DNA from: Burkholderiales bacterium
Lineage (GTDB): Bacteria > Pseudomonadota > Gammaproteobacteria > Burkholderiales > SG8-39
Length of the DNA stretch: 64,000 bases
Direction: 5' to 3'
NCBI GenBank assembly: GCA_046347635.1
Contig: JAXMFT010000001.1
Span: 4,658 to 68,657, forward strand
This document shows positions 20,027 through 30,467 of this stretch, in pieces. Positions within the stretch are counted from its first letter, which is position 1. Each line of letters opens with the position of its first letter. The notes under the pieces are model-generated. The model saw only the letters and a program-made list of their open reading frames with translations, had not been told where the DNA came from and searched no databases. A program made the position numbers and the translations under genes.

Positions 20027-21892
20027 TCACCGCGCGCCCTCGCCCGCCTCGGCGATCCAGTCCTCGAGCGCCGTGACCGCGCGCCGCGTCGAGAACAGCG
20101 CCGGGTGCGCCGCGGTGATGCGCGATCGGAACTCGGCGCGCCGCCCCGGGTCGCCGGCGAACGCGAGCGCGAGCTCCACGTAGTGGGCGGGCGAGCGGGC
20201 GACGCAGTCGGCGACGCCGGCCTGCCAGTACATGCCCGCGGTCATGCGGCTGCGGAACAGCTCGCCCGGCAGCGTCACCAGCGGCGCGCCGAGGGAGAGC
20301 CCGATGTAGCTCGTGACGCCGCCCGAGAAGTGGAACGGGTCGAGCACGCAGTCGGCCGCGAGGAGCAGGCTGAGGAACTCGGGCTTCGGCGCGAACGGCC
20401 GGAAGACGATGCGGTCAGCGACCTCCGGCAGGTCGCGCGCGAACCGCGCCTCGAGCTGACGCTGCCAGAGCGGCCGGGCGGCGTCGGCGAACAGCACGAC
20501 CTCGCCGTCCGGATCGCGGCGCAGGATCTCGGCGAGCGCCCAGTCGAAGTCGGGGTGGAGCTTCTGCAGCATCATCGGGCACACGTAGTAGCGCGCGTCC
20601 TCCGCCCAGCCGAGCGCTGCGCGCGATAGCGGCTCGGCCGGCGGCTCCGTGCGCTCGACGTACACCGCGATCTCGGGCAGGCGCACGAGGCGCTCGCTGT
20701 AGTGGGCCTGAGCGTCGTCGCGGTCCTGGTGGACGTTGCTGACGAACGCGTCGAGCGCCGGGATGCCCGACGTCGACGGGTGGCCGGCGAGCAGCACCTG
20801 CAGCGGCGCGAGACGGCCGAACGCGAGGAAGTACAGGAACGGGTCCATGCCGACGTCGGTGTAGACGAGCACGTCCGGAGCGCGGGCCGCGATGCGCGCG
20901 CGCGCCGCCTCGAGCGTCTCCCCGAGCGGCACGAAGGCGTCGCGCGCCTCCGCGGCGGCGCGCAGGCGCGGGTCGACGTCGTTCCCGTACGCGAAGAGTT
21001 GCGCGTCGAAGCGCCCGCCCTCGAGCACCAGGCGGACGAGCGCCCGGTACCAGACGCCCACCGAGTGGCGTCCGAGGTGCGCCGAGACGAACCCGACCTT
21101 CAGCTTGCTCCCGCGCGGTCCTGCAACGCGAGGCGCGACGTGGGCGAGTCCGGGCGCGGCGCGCAGGAACAGCTCGGCGAGGCGCGCGTTGTCGGCGCGG
21201 TCGTTCATCCCCTGGTAGCAGAGGAAGAAGGGCGTGCGGTGGACGGCGGCGAGCGGGTCGGGGATCGCGTGCGGCCGCGCGAGCAGGCGGTCGAGCTCCG
21301 CGCCGAACTGCGCGCGCGCAGCCCCCAGGGCGGCTGCGCTCGGTGCGACCTGCGGCAGCGTGTCGATCAACCGGTTCACTTCGAGCGCGCCGCGCTCCGC
21401 GTCGGCGGCACGCGCGAGCGCCTGGTCGAAGCACGTTCGCGCCGCGTCCACGTCGCCAGAGAGGTAACCCGCGAGCCCGAGCATCTCGAGCGGCGCCGCT
21501 GCGTGCGGCAGGAGCTGCGCGGCGAGCTGCAGGCAGCACTCGGCCGCAGCCGGGTCGTCGGCGTTCACGTGATGCACGCCGCGCGCGAAAAAGTGGTAGC
21601 CCACGGTCGACTCGAGCGGCTTCCCCGCCTCGGCCTGGCGGGCGGCCGCGTAGGCGCGCTCGGCAGCATCGGAATCGCCCGCGTGCGCGAGGAATACGCC
21701 GTGCAGCGCGTGTGCGAGCGCGTCGTCCGGCCGCCGCGCTGCGATTCCGCCCAGGAGGGCCGCCGCGCGCGCGGCGTCGCGAAGCGCATTCACGATCGCG
21801 GGGGCCGCGTCGGGCGGGAGATCGGCCAGGGGGACGAGCGCGGGCGCGTCCGCGGCCGGGCGGGCGAGTGAACGGAGAAGCTTGAGCAGCAT
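20027..21892 (-). CDS. TPR-repeat protein fused to a GT41 (SPY/OGT-like O-GlcNAc transferase) C-terminal domain
   Basis: ATG 21892 (MLLKLLRSLARP..). C-terminal KVGFVSAHLGRHSVG.., ..LAGHPSTSGIPALD.., ..DPFHFSGGVTSY.. match the GT41 catalytic pattern. Confidence 0.7.
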   Translation of the reverse strand: MLLKLLRSLARPAADAPALVPLADLPPDAAPAIVNALRDAARAAALLGGIAARRPDDALAHALHGVFLAHAGDSDAAERAYAAARQAEAGKPLESTVGYHFFARGVHHVNADDPAAAECCLQLAAQLLPHAAAPLEMLGLAGYLSGDVDAARTCFDQALARAADAERGALEVNRLIDTLPQVAPSAAALGAARAQFGAELDRLLARPHAIPDPLAAVHRTPFFLCYQGMNDRADNARLAELFLRAAPGLAHVAPRVAGPRGSKLKVGFVSAHLGRHSVGVWYRALVRLVLEGGRFDAQLFAYGNDVDPRLRAAAEARDAFVPLGETLEAARARIAARAPDVLVYTDVGMDPFLYFLAFGRLAPLQVLLAGHPSTSGIPALDAFVSNVHQDRDDAQAHYSERLVRLPEIAVYVERTEPPAEPLSRAALGWAEDARYYVCPMMLQKLHPDFDWALAEILRRDPDGEVVLFADAARPLWQRQLEARFARDLPEVADRIVFRPFAPKPEFLSLLLAADCVLDPFHFSGGVTSYIGLSLGAPLVTLPGELFRSRMTAGMYWQAGVADCVARSPAHYVELALAFAGDPGRRAEFRSRITAAHPALFSTRRAVTALEDWIAEAGEGAR

Positions 21893-22069
21893 TACCCGGG
21901 AGCGCCCCGAATCGGAACGGCCACAGTCTAGCCCGCGGCGCGACGCATCCGAAGGGCCGCGGCCGCGACGCCGGGCACTGCGGCACGCTCGCGGCGCGCG
22001 CGCGCCTTGTTGCGCACCGTGCGCTCCAGTACCATCGCCGCCGTTGCGCGCTCTGGACGACGTCCGCCG

Positions 22070-24097
22070 ATGAGCTGGTTCGACCGGGTTCGCCGGCGCA
22101 TGGCGCCCGGCGCGAGCGGCGCGCCCGAGATCGAGCGCGCGGTCGCGCTCTTCGAGCAGGGGCGCATCGAGGACGCAGAGTCGATCTGCGCGCGGGTCCT
22201 CGCGCACGCGCCCGCGAATGCGCACGCGCTTCATCTCCTCGGCCTCGCCGCCGACCGGCGCGGCGACCACCCCGGCGCGGTGCGCCGCCTCGAAGCGGCG
22301 GTCGACGCCGACCCCGCGAACGGACTCTTCCAGCTGAACCTGGGCAACGCGCTGCGCGCGCTCGGGCGGGTCGACGACGCGCGCGCGCGTTACGCGCGCG
22401 CGACCGAGCTCGCGCCCGAGCGCTTCGCCGCGTGGTTCAACCTCGCGCAACTCCAGGTCGACCGCGGCGCGCACGGCGCCGCGGCGGCGGCATTCCGGCG
22501 CGCCCTCGCGCTCGATCCGGCGAGCGGCGCGGCGCGGCTCGGGCTGGCCGCGGCGCTCGTGGACTCGGCGCAGGGCAGTCCCGACGGCAAGGCGGCGTTC
22601 GCCGAAGCGCTGGCGCTGCTCGAGACCGATTGGACGCACCTCGCCGAGCCCGCGCGCGCGCGCTACGTGCTCGCGTTGGCGCTCGCCGGTTGCGCGCGCT
22701 GGACCGAGGCCGCGGCGCACCTCGAGACGCTCGTGGCCGATCACCCGCAACGCGCCGAGCCGCGCGTCCAGCTCGCGAACGTCTACAACCAGCTCGGCCG
22801 GGCGGCCGACGCGGTGCGCGAGTACCGCGCGACCCACCGGCTCGCCCCCGAGTACCACCACGCGCTCACGAGCCTGCTCGGGACGCTCAATGCCGTGCCC
22901 GACGTCGCGCCCGAGGCGGTGCTGGAGGCACATCGCGATTGGGCCGCGGCGGTCGCCGCGCCGCTCTACCCTTCCACTCCACGCTTCACCCACTCACGCG
23001 CGCCCGGTCGCCGCCTGCGCGTCGGCTACGTGTCTCCGGACCTGCGGCGCCATCCGGTCGGCGCGATGTTCGCGCCGGTGCTCGAGCGGCACGACCCGGC
23101 GCGCGTCGAAGCGTTCTGCTACTACAACTACCCGCGCGGCGACGCGATGACCGCGCGCATGCGCACCGCGGCGCACCACTGGCGCGACGTCGCGGGGCTC
23201 GACGACGCGGCGGTCGCCGACGCGATCCGCGCCGATGCGATCGACATCCTCGTCGACTTGGTGGGCCACACGAAGTACACGCGCATGCTGGTCTTCGCGC
23301 GCCGGCCGGCACCGGTCCAGGTGAGCTGGCTCGGGTACTTCAACACCACCGGGCTCGCGACGATGGACTACTTCGTGACCGACCCGGTCTCCTCGCCTCC
23401 CGGCCAGGACCGCTTCTTCGTCGAGACGCTCGTTCGGCTTCCGGCCACGCGGTTCTGCTTCGAGCCGCCCGACTACATGCCGGAGGTCGGCCCTCTGCCC
23501 GCGCGGCAGAACGGCCACGTGACGTTCGGGTGCCTCAACAACCTCGTCAAGCTGAACGATCGCGTGCTCGCCCTCTGGGCGCGCATCCTGGCCGCCGTAC
23601 CCGGGGCACGGCTCCTGCTGCAGGCCTCGGCCCTGAGCGATCCGCTCCTGCAGCGCGACTTTCGCGCGTGGGCGGCGGCGCTCGGAATCCCGTCCGACCG
23701 GCTCGAGCTGCGCCGCTTCGTGCCGGTCGAGGAGGCGGCGCGGACGTATCACGACGTGGACATCGCGCTCGACCCGTTTCCCTTCTGCGGCGGGATGACC
23801 ACGCTCGATGCGCTCTGGATGGGCGTGCCGGTCGTGACCTTGCCGCAGGCGATGATCGCCGGGCGCCAGAGCGCGAGCATGCTGGCGAACCTGGGACTGG
23901 AGGATCTCATCGCTGCCGACGAGGCGGCCTACGTGGCCGCCGCGGTCGCGCTCGCCCGGGACCTCGACCGCCTCGCGGCGTTGCGCGCAGGCCTGCGTGA
24001 GCGCTTTCGCGCCTCGCCGCTCGCCGATTACGCGCGCTTCGCGCGCGCCCTGGAGACCGCCTACGCGGCGATGTGGGCGCGCTGGGTCGCCGCGTGA
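22070..24097 (+). CDS. TPR-repeat / GT41 (SPY/OGT-like) glycosyltransferase
   Basis: ATG 22070 (MSWFDRV..). TPR repeats, then RVGYVSPDLRRHPVG, VSWLGYFNTTGL..MDYFVTD, FGCLNNLVKL, DPFPFCGGMTT. Confidence 0.8.
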   Translation: MSWFDRVRRRMAPGASGAPEIERAVALFEQGRIEDAESICARVLAHAPANAHALHLLGLAADRRGDHPGAVRRLEAAVDADPANGLFQLNLGNALRALGRVDDARARYARATELAPERFAAWFNLAQLQVDRGAHGAAAAAFRRALALDPASGAARLGLAAALVDSAQGSPDGKAAFAEALALLETDWTHLAEPARARYVLALALAGCARWTEAAAHLETLVADHPQRAEPRVQLANVYNQLGRAADAVREYRATHRLAPEYHHALTSLLGTLNAVPDVAPEAVLEAHRDWAAAVAAPLYPSTPRFTHSRAPGRRLRVGYVSPDLRRHPVGAMFAPVLERHDPARVEAFCYYNYPRGDAMTARMRTAAHHWRDVAGLDDAAVADAIRADAIDILVDLVGHTKYTRMLVFARRPAPVQVSWLGYFNTTGLATMDYFVTDPVSSPPGQDRFFVETLVRLPATRFCFEPPDYMPEVGPLPARQNGHVTFGCLNNLVKLNDRVLALWARILAAVPGARLLLQASALSDPLLQRDFRAWAAALGIPSDRLELRRFVPVEEAARTYHDVDIALDPFPFCGGMTTLDALWMGVPVVTLPQAMIAGRQSASMLANLGLEDLIAADEAAYVAAAVALARDLDRLAALRAGLRERFRASPLADYARFARALETAYAAMWARWVAA

Positions 24098-24116
24098 CGG
24101 CGCACGCGCCGGACCG

Positions 24117-24725
24117 TCACGCCTTCGCCAGCATCCATTCCTTGCGGCTGCCCTTGTAGTGGACGATGCAGCGCTGCGACACGTCCTCCTCGGGCGTGGC
24201 CGGCGAGTAGTTGTACGGATCCACCGGAAGCTCCAGCACGGCGAAGTCCGGCGCGGCGAAGCGCACCGCGTACTGGTCGCCGAACCAGCGCTGCACCTCC
24301 TCCGGGAACCCGCGGCACAGCTCGTGGCAGCGCCGCCAGAACGCCTGCGAGCGCGAGAACATCACGCCGGTGTTGTACGGCATCACCTGCGCGAGGTCGA
24401 CGCCGTTCGGATCGAGCGCGGGCCCGGTCCGCCGCGTGAGCGCGACGTCGAACGGCCGGTCCCAGACGTGCTGCACGTCGCGCACGAACAGGACGTCGGT
24501 ATCGACGATGAGCGCCGGCCCGTCGAGGGCGGCGAGATGCTGGAGGCGGTACGTCATCAGACGCTCGCCGTCCCAGGGCAACCGCACGACCTCGTCCGCG
24601 CCGGGAACCGCCGGCGTGCGCTCGTCGGTCATCTGCACGAGCGCGTACCCGAGGCGCTTCGCGGAAGCGGCCATCAGGGTCGCGAGGCGCAGGTCGTCGC
24701 CGACCTGGAGGAAGGCGACTCTCAT
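24117..24725 (-). CDS. GT-A fold nucleotide-diphospho-sugar transferase (small, GT8-like)
   Basis: ATG 24725 overlaps the stop of the upstream gene by 4 nt. DxD-like IVDTDVLF and ..MPYNTGVMF... Confidence 0.55.
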   Translation of the reverse strand: MRVAFLQVGDDLRLATLMAASAKRLGYALVQMTDERTPAVPGADEVVRLPWDGERLMTYRLQHLAALDGPALIVDTDVLFVRDVQHVWDRPFDVALTRRTGPALDPNGVDLAQVMPYNTGVMFSRSQAFWRRCHELCRGFPEEVQRWFGDQYAVRFAAPDFAVLELPVDPYNYSPATPEEDVSQRCIVHYKGSRKEWMLAKA

Positions 24726-26014
24726 GTTCCGCCTCGGGCGAAGCGCTCGGGCACGTGCTCGCGCAGCGCCGCGAGCACCTGCGGGACGTCGGCGTGGAAG
24801 TTCCACTTCAGCGGATTCACGCCCGGGCCCGCGTTGTCCCCCGGGCGGTCGGACACGAGCGTGACGATGCGCTGGCCGAGCGCGCGGGCGATGAAGCGGA
24901 ACTCCTCCATGTGCACGCAGCCGGGCGTCGCGAGCTCGAGCACGAAGGCGCCCGGCGGGGCGAAGATCAGGTTCGTGAGCCCCGCGCCGTGCGCGCCGAC
25001 GATCACGCGCGCGCGCGAGAATGCGCGGATCTGCTCGGTCACCGGCGCCTGGCCGGCGACGAACGTGGTGAACCCGAGCGGCCGCAGCGCGGACTCCAGC
25101 TCGGCCTCGTTGTGCATCACCCGCAGCGTGCTGTCGCGGCGCGACACGAAGAGGAGATCGCGCGCACGCTCCGGCGAGTCCATGTGCGAAGCGACGCGCG
25201 CGCGCAGCCAGTCGATGCCGAGCCGCATGCGCGGGCGGTTGCGCAGGCACACCGGGACCGCCACCTTCCGGCACGACACCAGCAGACCGCGCGGAACCGT
25301 CAGCAGCCGCTCCGGCGGCACGCCGACGAGCCGCAGGTAGTCGCGCTGGTAGCTGCGCAGGTCCTCGTTGACGAGCAGCGGCAGCGACTCGTCGACGCCG
25401 GCCGTCTCGAGCAGCGCGAGCTTGAGCAAATTGCGCTCGAGCCAGTGCGAGAAGTTCTCGTCGGTGCCGAGGAGCACGAACGGACGGTCCAGGACGCGGT
25501 CGACCGGCGGCAGCGTGACGACGTAGTCGTCGCCGTCCGGCGACACGCGCCCGGCGACCCACGGATGGTTCGCGAACGTGCGGTCCTGCGTCTCGCGCAC
25601 GTACACGCGCTCGCCCTCGAAGATCGCGCAGTGGTTGGTGTCGAGCAGCACGTCCTCGCGCCAGCCGACGTAGGGCTCGCCGCGCGCCGCGCGCTCGGGG
25701 TCCATCCACGCGCTGCGGAAGCGCCGCGTGGTCGCGCGGCCGCCGGAACGGATCGCGTCGAAGCGCGCGAAGTGCGCGGTGGCGGCGTCGATCTCGCCCG
25801 CCTGCAGCGCGAACACCGCTGCGGCCCAGAGTGCGCCCGGGTGATGCGGCTCGACCGCGAGGATGCGCGCGGCAATCGAGCGCGCGTCGCCGGGGCCGCC
25901 CGCGAGCGCGGCGTCGAGCTCGGCCGCGAGCGCGCCGACGCCGTCCGGCGCCGCGTCGGCACGCGGGCGCAGGGCGCGCCGCGCCGCATCCGCGAGGATT
26001 CGGCCGAGCTTCAT
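24722..26014 (-). CDS. GT61 / DUF563-family glycosyltransferase
   Basis: ATG 26014 (MKLGRILAD..) overlaps the upstream stop (ATGA). Carries the DUF563 hallmark VIVGAHGAGLTNLIFAPPG. Confidence 0.7.
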   Translation of the reverse strand: MKLGRILADAARRALRPRADAAPDGVGALAAELDAALAGGPGDARSIAARILAVEPHHPGALWAAAVFALQAGEIDAATAHFARFDAIRSGGRATTRRFRSAWMDPERAARGEPYVGWREDVLLDTNHCAIFEGERVYVRETQDRTFANHPWVAGRVSPDGDDYVVTLPPVDRVLDRPFVLLGTDENFSHWLERNLLKLALLETAGVDESLPLLVNEDLRSYQRDYLRLVGVPPERLLTVPRGLLVSCRKVAVPVCLRNRPRMRLGIDWLRARVASHMDSPERARDLLFVSRRDSTLRVMHNEAELESALRPLGFTTFVAGQAPVTEQIRAFSRARVIVGAHGAGLTNLIFAPPGAFVLELATPGCVHMEEFRFIARALGQRIVTLVSDRPGDNAGPGVNPLKWNFHADVPQVLAALREHVPERFARGGT

Positions 26015-27636
26015 CCCGGCGGCCCCTGCGCGGCGCACGCCCGCCGCCAGATGTCGCGGTAGGCCGCTTCCAGCTCGCGCATGAACCCGGCCGCATCGAG
26101 GAGCGGAGACGCCCGCAGGCGCTCGCGCAGCCCGCGCTGCAGCGCGCGCAGCCGCGGCCGGTCCGCCGCGAGCCCGGCCGCGACGTCGAGGTACTGTGCG
26201 TCGGAGGCGGCGACGAGTTCGGGCAGGCCGGCGTTCCCCAGGATCGACGCGCCCGAACGCGCGAAGCCCAGCGCGCCCGCCTTCGTCACCACCGGGACCC
26301 CGAGCCACAGGCACTCGCAGGTGGTCGCGCCGCCGTTGTACGGGAACGGATCCAGCGCGACGTCCGCGCCGCGGACCGTCTCCCAGTAGTCCGCGCGCAG
26401 CTGGCGGGGAAAGGTGACGATCCGCGACTCCGCCACGCCGGCCGCGCGGAACGGCGCGAGCAGCGCCGCGCGCGCCTCGTCGCTCGGCACGTCGAGCATC
26501 CACAGCACCGAGCCGGGCACGCGCTGCAGCAGGCGCGCCCACAGGCCGAGCAGGGGCGGATGGAGCTTGGTGAGCCGGTTGAAGCTCCCGAACACGATCG
26601 GCGCGTCCGCGCCGCCGGCCCGCTCCGCGGGCGCGGGCATTCCGTCCCACGGCGCGAAGCACCACTGCGTGCGCGGCATCCGGAGCAGCCGCTCGCTGTG
26701 CCAGCGGTCGCTCTCCCCCGGCGGATCGGCGAGGGCGTCGGTGATGCGATAGTCGAAGGCGCGGCTGCCGGTCGTTCCGAGATAGCCGAGGTAGCTCACC
26801 TGCACGGGCGCCGGCCGGCGCGCGAGCGCAGGGGTGCGGCCCCCACGCGTCAGCCCGGCGAGATCGACCAGGATGTCGATCCGGTGGTCGAAGATCGCCT
26901 GCGCCAGGGCGTCGTCGGATGCGTCGGTCACGTCGTGCCAGGCGTCGGCCAGCGCGCGCCAGCGCGCGGTGCGCGCGTCGGCCTTGCGCATCGTCTGGTA
27001 GCAGTGCACCTCGAACGCCGCGCGGTCGCGCTGCGCGAGCAGCGGCTCGATGAAGAACGCGACCGCGTGGTCGCGGAAGTCGCCCGAGACGTACCCGATC
27101 CGCAGGCGCCGGCCGGGATCGTCGAAGCGCGATCGCGGTATGGACAGCTGCGGGAGGCAATCGAGGAAACGCGCGGCGACACCCTGGTGGGCGGACAGCA
27201 TCTCGGCTGGCGTCACGCCCGGATCCTGGTGCAGGACGAAGAGGACGTCCGCAGCGCGCACGAACGAATCGGGCTCGAGCGCCGCGGCCCGGCGCGCCGC
27301 GGCGAGGGCCTCGGCGTAGCGGCCGAGCGCGAGCAGCGCCCCGGCGCGATTCGCGTGCAGGGGCGCCCGGTCGCCGCCGTGCGCGTGCGCCTCGTCGAAA
27401 TACTCGAGCGCGGCGTCGAACTGCGTGCGGCGCATGTAGAGCTTGCCGAGCAGGCTCAGCGCGTCCGTGCCGCCGGGGTCGAGCGCGCGGGCCTCGAGCA
27501 GCGCGGCCTCGGCGTCCGCGTAGCGCCCGTCCTCGAGCGCCGCCGACGCGCGCGCCAGAAGTTCCCCGACTCGCGCGCCATCGCCGCCGGCACGACGCAG
27601 CGCGGGACGCACGCTCCGCAGGAGGGTCCGCAGCAT
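26011..27636 (-). CDS. TPR-repeat / GT41 (SPY/OGT-like) glycosyltransferase
   Basis: ATG 27636 (MLRTLLRSVRP..) overlaps the upstream TGA by 1 nt. RIGYVSGDFRDHAV, VSYLGYLGTTG..FDYRITD, FGSFNRLTKL, DPFPYNGGATTCE. Confidence 0.85.
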   Translation of the reverse strand: MLRTLLRSVRPALRRAGGDGARVGELLARASAALEDGRYADAEAALLEARALDPGGTDALSLLGKLYMRRTQFDAALEYFDEAHAHGGDRAPLHANRAGALLALGRYAEALAAARRAAALEPDSFVRAADVLFVLHQDPGVTPAEMLSAHQGVAARFLDCLPQLSIPRSRFDDPGRRLRIGYVSGDFRDHAVAFFIEPLLAQRDRAAFEVHCYQTMRKADARTARWRALADAWHDVTDASDDALAQAIFDHRIDILVDLAGLTRGGRTPALARRPAPVQVSYLGYLGTTGSRAFDYRITDALADPPGESDRWHSERLLRMPRTQWCFAPWDGMPAPAERAGGADAPIVFGSFNRLTKLHPPLLGLWARLLQRVPGSVLWMLDVPSDEARAALLAPFRAAGVAESRIVTFPRQLRADYWETVRGADVALDPFPYNGGATTCECLWLGVPVVTKAGALGFARSGASILGNAGLPELVAASDAQYLDVAAGLAADRPRLRALQRGLRERLRASPLLDAAGFMRELEAAYRDIWRRACAAQGPPG

Positions 27637-29885
27637 CACCGCCCGCCCGCAGCCGCACGCGCGCCGCAGGCGTCGCGCCAGACCGTGCGATAGGCCGCCT
27701 CGAGCTCGCGCATGAATCCGGCTGCGTCGAGAAGCGGGGAGGTCCGCAGGCGCTCGCGCAGGCCGCGCTGCATCGCGCGCAGCCGCGGCCGGTCTGCCGC
27801 GAGCCCGGCCGCGACGTCGAGATACTGCTCGTCGCAGGTCGCGACCAGCTCCTCCAGGCCGACCGCCCCGAGGATCGACGCACCCGAGCGGGCGAACCCC
27901 ATGTCCCCGGCGCGGGTGACGACCGGCACTCCGAGCCACAGGCACTCGCAGGTCGTCGCGCCGCCGTTGTACGGAAAGGTGTCGAGCGCGATGTCGGCGC
28001 GCCGGATGCGGTCCCAGAACGGCGCCGCCGGCAGGCGCGCCCAGGTCTTGACGCGCTCCGGCACGACCCCCGCCGCAGCGACTTCGCCCACCACCCGCCC
28101 GTGCGCATCGTCGCTCGTCACGTCCAGGATCCACAGCTCCGAATCGGGCACCTGCGCGAGCAGCCGTCCCCACAACCGCAGCACCTCGGGGCGGACCTTC
28201 GTCAGCCGATTGAATGCGCCGAACACGATCGGACCGTCGTCCGGCGCGGCGCGTTCGAGCGGCGCGGGCATGTCCGCGTGCGGGGCAAAGCACCAGAAGG
28301 AACGGGGCAGCCGCAGGAGCCGCTCCGTGTACCACGCGTCGGCGATCCCCGGCGGGTCGGCGCGCGCGTCCGTGATGCGATAGTCGATCGCCCGGGCGCC
28401 GGTGGTGGCGAGGTAGCCGAGATAGCTGATCTGCACGGGCGCCGGCCGGCGGCCGAGGGCGGCGGCGCGGCTGCCGGTCGTCAGGCCGGCCAGGTCGACG
28501 AGGATGTCGATCTCGTGCGCGCCGATCAGCGCGACCAGGTCGTCGTCGCCGCGTGCCGAGACCTCCTCCCAGTGGTCGGCGAGCGCGCGGAACCGGTGCG
28601 TCCGGTCGTCGGTCTCCGCGACCGTCTGGTAGCAGTAGACCTCGAACGCGGCGCGGTCGCGGGCCGCGAGCAGCGGCTCGATGAAGGCGGCCGCGTGCAT
28701 CCGGAAGTCCCCGAGGGTATCCGACGCAGGCGGCGCCCGGGGTCGGCGAACCGGGCGGCCGAACGCTGCCCGCGGTGGCGCGTCCACGAACGCCGCCAAG
28801 CGCTTGTGCTCGGCGAGCAGTTCGTCCGGGGTCGTGCTGCCCGTCTGGCTGAGGAGGAAGAGCAGCATCGCCCCGTAGCGCTGCACGTCGGGCGCCAGCT
28901 CGATCGCACGGCGGAACGCCGCCTCGGCGTCGGCAGCGCGCCCGAGGTCCTGAGCGCGAGACCGCGATTCGCGGGAACTCGGCGACCGCCGGCGCTGCGC
29001 AGCGCATCGTCGAAGAGGCGAGCGCCGCGTCGTAGCGTGCCGGTACGCGAGGAGGCCGAGCAGGTTCAGCGCGTCGGCGTTCGACGGCTCGCGTCGCAGG
29101 ACCTCGAGAACGCGCGCTCGGCCTCGGGCATGCGCTCGGCGCGGGCGTGCGATACCCCTTCCTCGAGCAACGTTCGCACCGCGACACGATGCGCTCGCCC
29201 GACGCGGGCACGAAAGACGTTGGCGAGCAGTCCCTTGAGCATCCGGGGTTCGACGCGCGGATCGCCCCGCGCGCCGATGAGAACCGAGTCCGCAAAGAAC
29301 AAGCCCTCCGCAGAGGGGCCGTTCGGGTGGTGCAGTGCTATCCGATCCACGCAGGCGGCGCCCGGGGTCGGCGAACCGGGCGGCCGGGAACGCCGCCCGC
29401 GGTGGCGCGTCCACGAACGCCGCCGCGAAGCGCTTGTGCTCGGCGAGCAGTTCGTCCGGGGTCGTGCTGCCCGTCTGGCTGAGGAGGAAGAGCAGCATCG
29501 CCCCGTAGCGCTGCACGTCGGGCGCCAGCTCGATCGCACGGCGGAACGCCGCCTCGGCGTCGGCAGCGCGCCCGAGGTCCTGGAGCGCGAGACCGCGATT
29601 CGCGTGGAACTCGGCGACCTCGCCGGCGCTGCGCAGCGCATCGTCGAAGTAGGCGAGCGCCGCGTCGTAGTGCGTGCGCCGGTACGCGAGGAGGCCGAGC
29701 AGGTTCAGCGCGTCGGCGTTCGACGGCTCGCGTCGCAGGACCTCGAGAAACGCGCGCTCGGCCTCGGGCATGCGCTCGGCGCGGGCGTGCGATACCCCTT
29801 CCTCGAGCAACGTTCGCACCGCGACACGATGCGCCTCGCCCTGCACGCGGGCACGAAAGACGTTGGCGAGCAGTCCCTTGAGCAT
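27636..29885 (-). pseudogene. TPR / GT41 glycosyltransferase paralog interrupted by a tandem duplication of its own 5' end
   Basis: The 749-aa ORF reads: an intact N-terminal TPR copy (29339-29885); then translated ex-intergenic sequence; then a frame-scrambled second copy of the same about 190 codons; then a normal GT41 body from about 28700 down. The second start codon (29240-29242) opens a frame that stops at 29066. Confidence 0.8.
28718..29338. repeat. Tandem direct repeat, copy A (621 nt, indel-ridden)
   Basis: Runs from TATCCGA.. to ..GGTGGTGCAGTGC. Aligns end to end with 29339-29991 but is 32 nt shorter because of many 1-3 nt gaps. It includes a degraded copy of the pilA terminator hairpin. 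Confidence 0.9.
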
Positions 29886-29991
29886 CCGGGGTTCGATGCG
29901 CGCGGATCGCCCCGCGCGCCGCCGATGAGAACCGAGTCCGCAAAAAAGAACAAGCCCCTCCGCAGAGGGGCCCGTTCGGGTGGTGCAGTGC
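29339..29991. repeat. Tandem direct repeat, copy B (653 nt, intact)
   Basis: Same unit as 28718-29338. Contains the intact 5' coding part of the GT41 gene, its 5' untranslated region and the pilA terminator. Confidence 0.9.
29941..29971 (-). terminator. Rho-independent terminator of pilA
   Basis: The minus strand reads GCCCCTC-TGCG-GAGGGGC followed by TTGTTCTTTTTTG, starting 27 nt after the pilA TAA. Confidence 0.85.
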
Positions 29992-29997
29992 CGGGAG

Positions 29998-30408
29998 TTA
30001 GCGGCAGGAGCCCGGCATGAAGCGCGAGGGCGAGCCGACGCAGGTCCAGGACAGCGAACCCGCGGCGTTCGTGCTCGGCGTCAGGGTCACGGTGACGGCG
30101 GTGCCAACGCTCGTGTTCGCGTTGTTGCCGGTCAGCGTCACCACGCCGGCCCCGGTGGTCGTCGCGCCCGTGATCTTGCCGGCCGGGGTCACGGTCACGC
30201 CGTTGCCCATGTTGGCCGAGTCCTGGTCCGCCTGGTATTTCTCCGTGATCGCCGTGCGCGCCGAGCTGGCGGCCAGGATGATCTCCGACACCTTCGCGCG
30301 GATCGTGTAGTCCTGATACGCCGGCAGCGCGACCGCCGCCAGGATGCCGATGATCGCGACCACGATCATCAGTTCGATCAGGGTGAAGCCCTTCTGGATT
30401 CGCTGCAT
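29998..30408 (-). CDS. pilA: Type IVa major pilin (PilA-like prepilin)
   Basis: Short leader MQRIQKG, then [28 protein letters not shown]-terminal Cys..Cys disulfide loop ([15 protein letters not shown]). Thr/Ser-rich C-terminal half. Confidence 0.92.
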   Translation of the reverse strand: MQRIQKGFTLIELMIVVAIIGILAAVALPAYQDYTIRAKVSEIILAASSARTAITEKYQADQDSANMGNGVTVTPAGKITGATTTGAGVVTLTGNNANTSVGTAVTVTLTPSTNAAGSLSWTCVGSPSRFMPGSCR

Positions 30409-30467
30409 GGCCCCTCCGTGGTTGTCGTTTGCCCGACGCGAACGTCACGCGCTGAGCGCTTCCTCCC

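Noticed and set aside
27636-29885. The 749-aa ORF taken at face value as a genuine enlarged TPR-GT41 protein.
   Set aside because: About 200 of its residues are translation of a duplicated intergenic/terminator segment and of frame-shifted copies of its own N-terminus. It is better explained as a broken gene or an assembly artefact.
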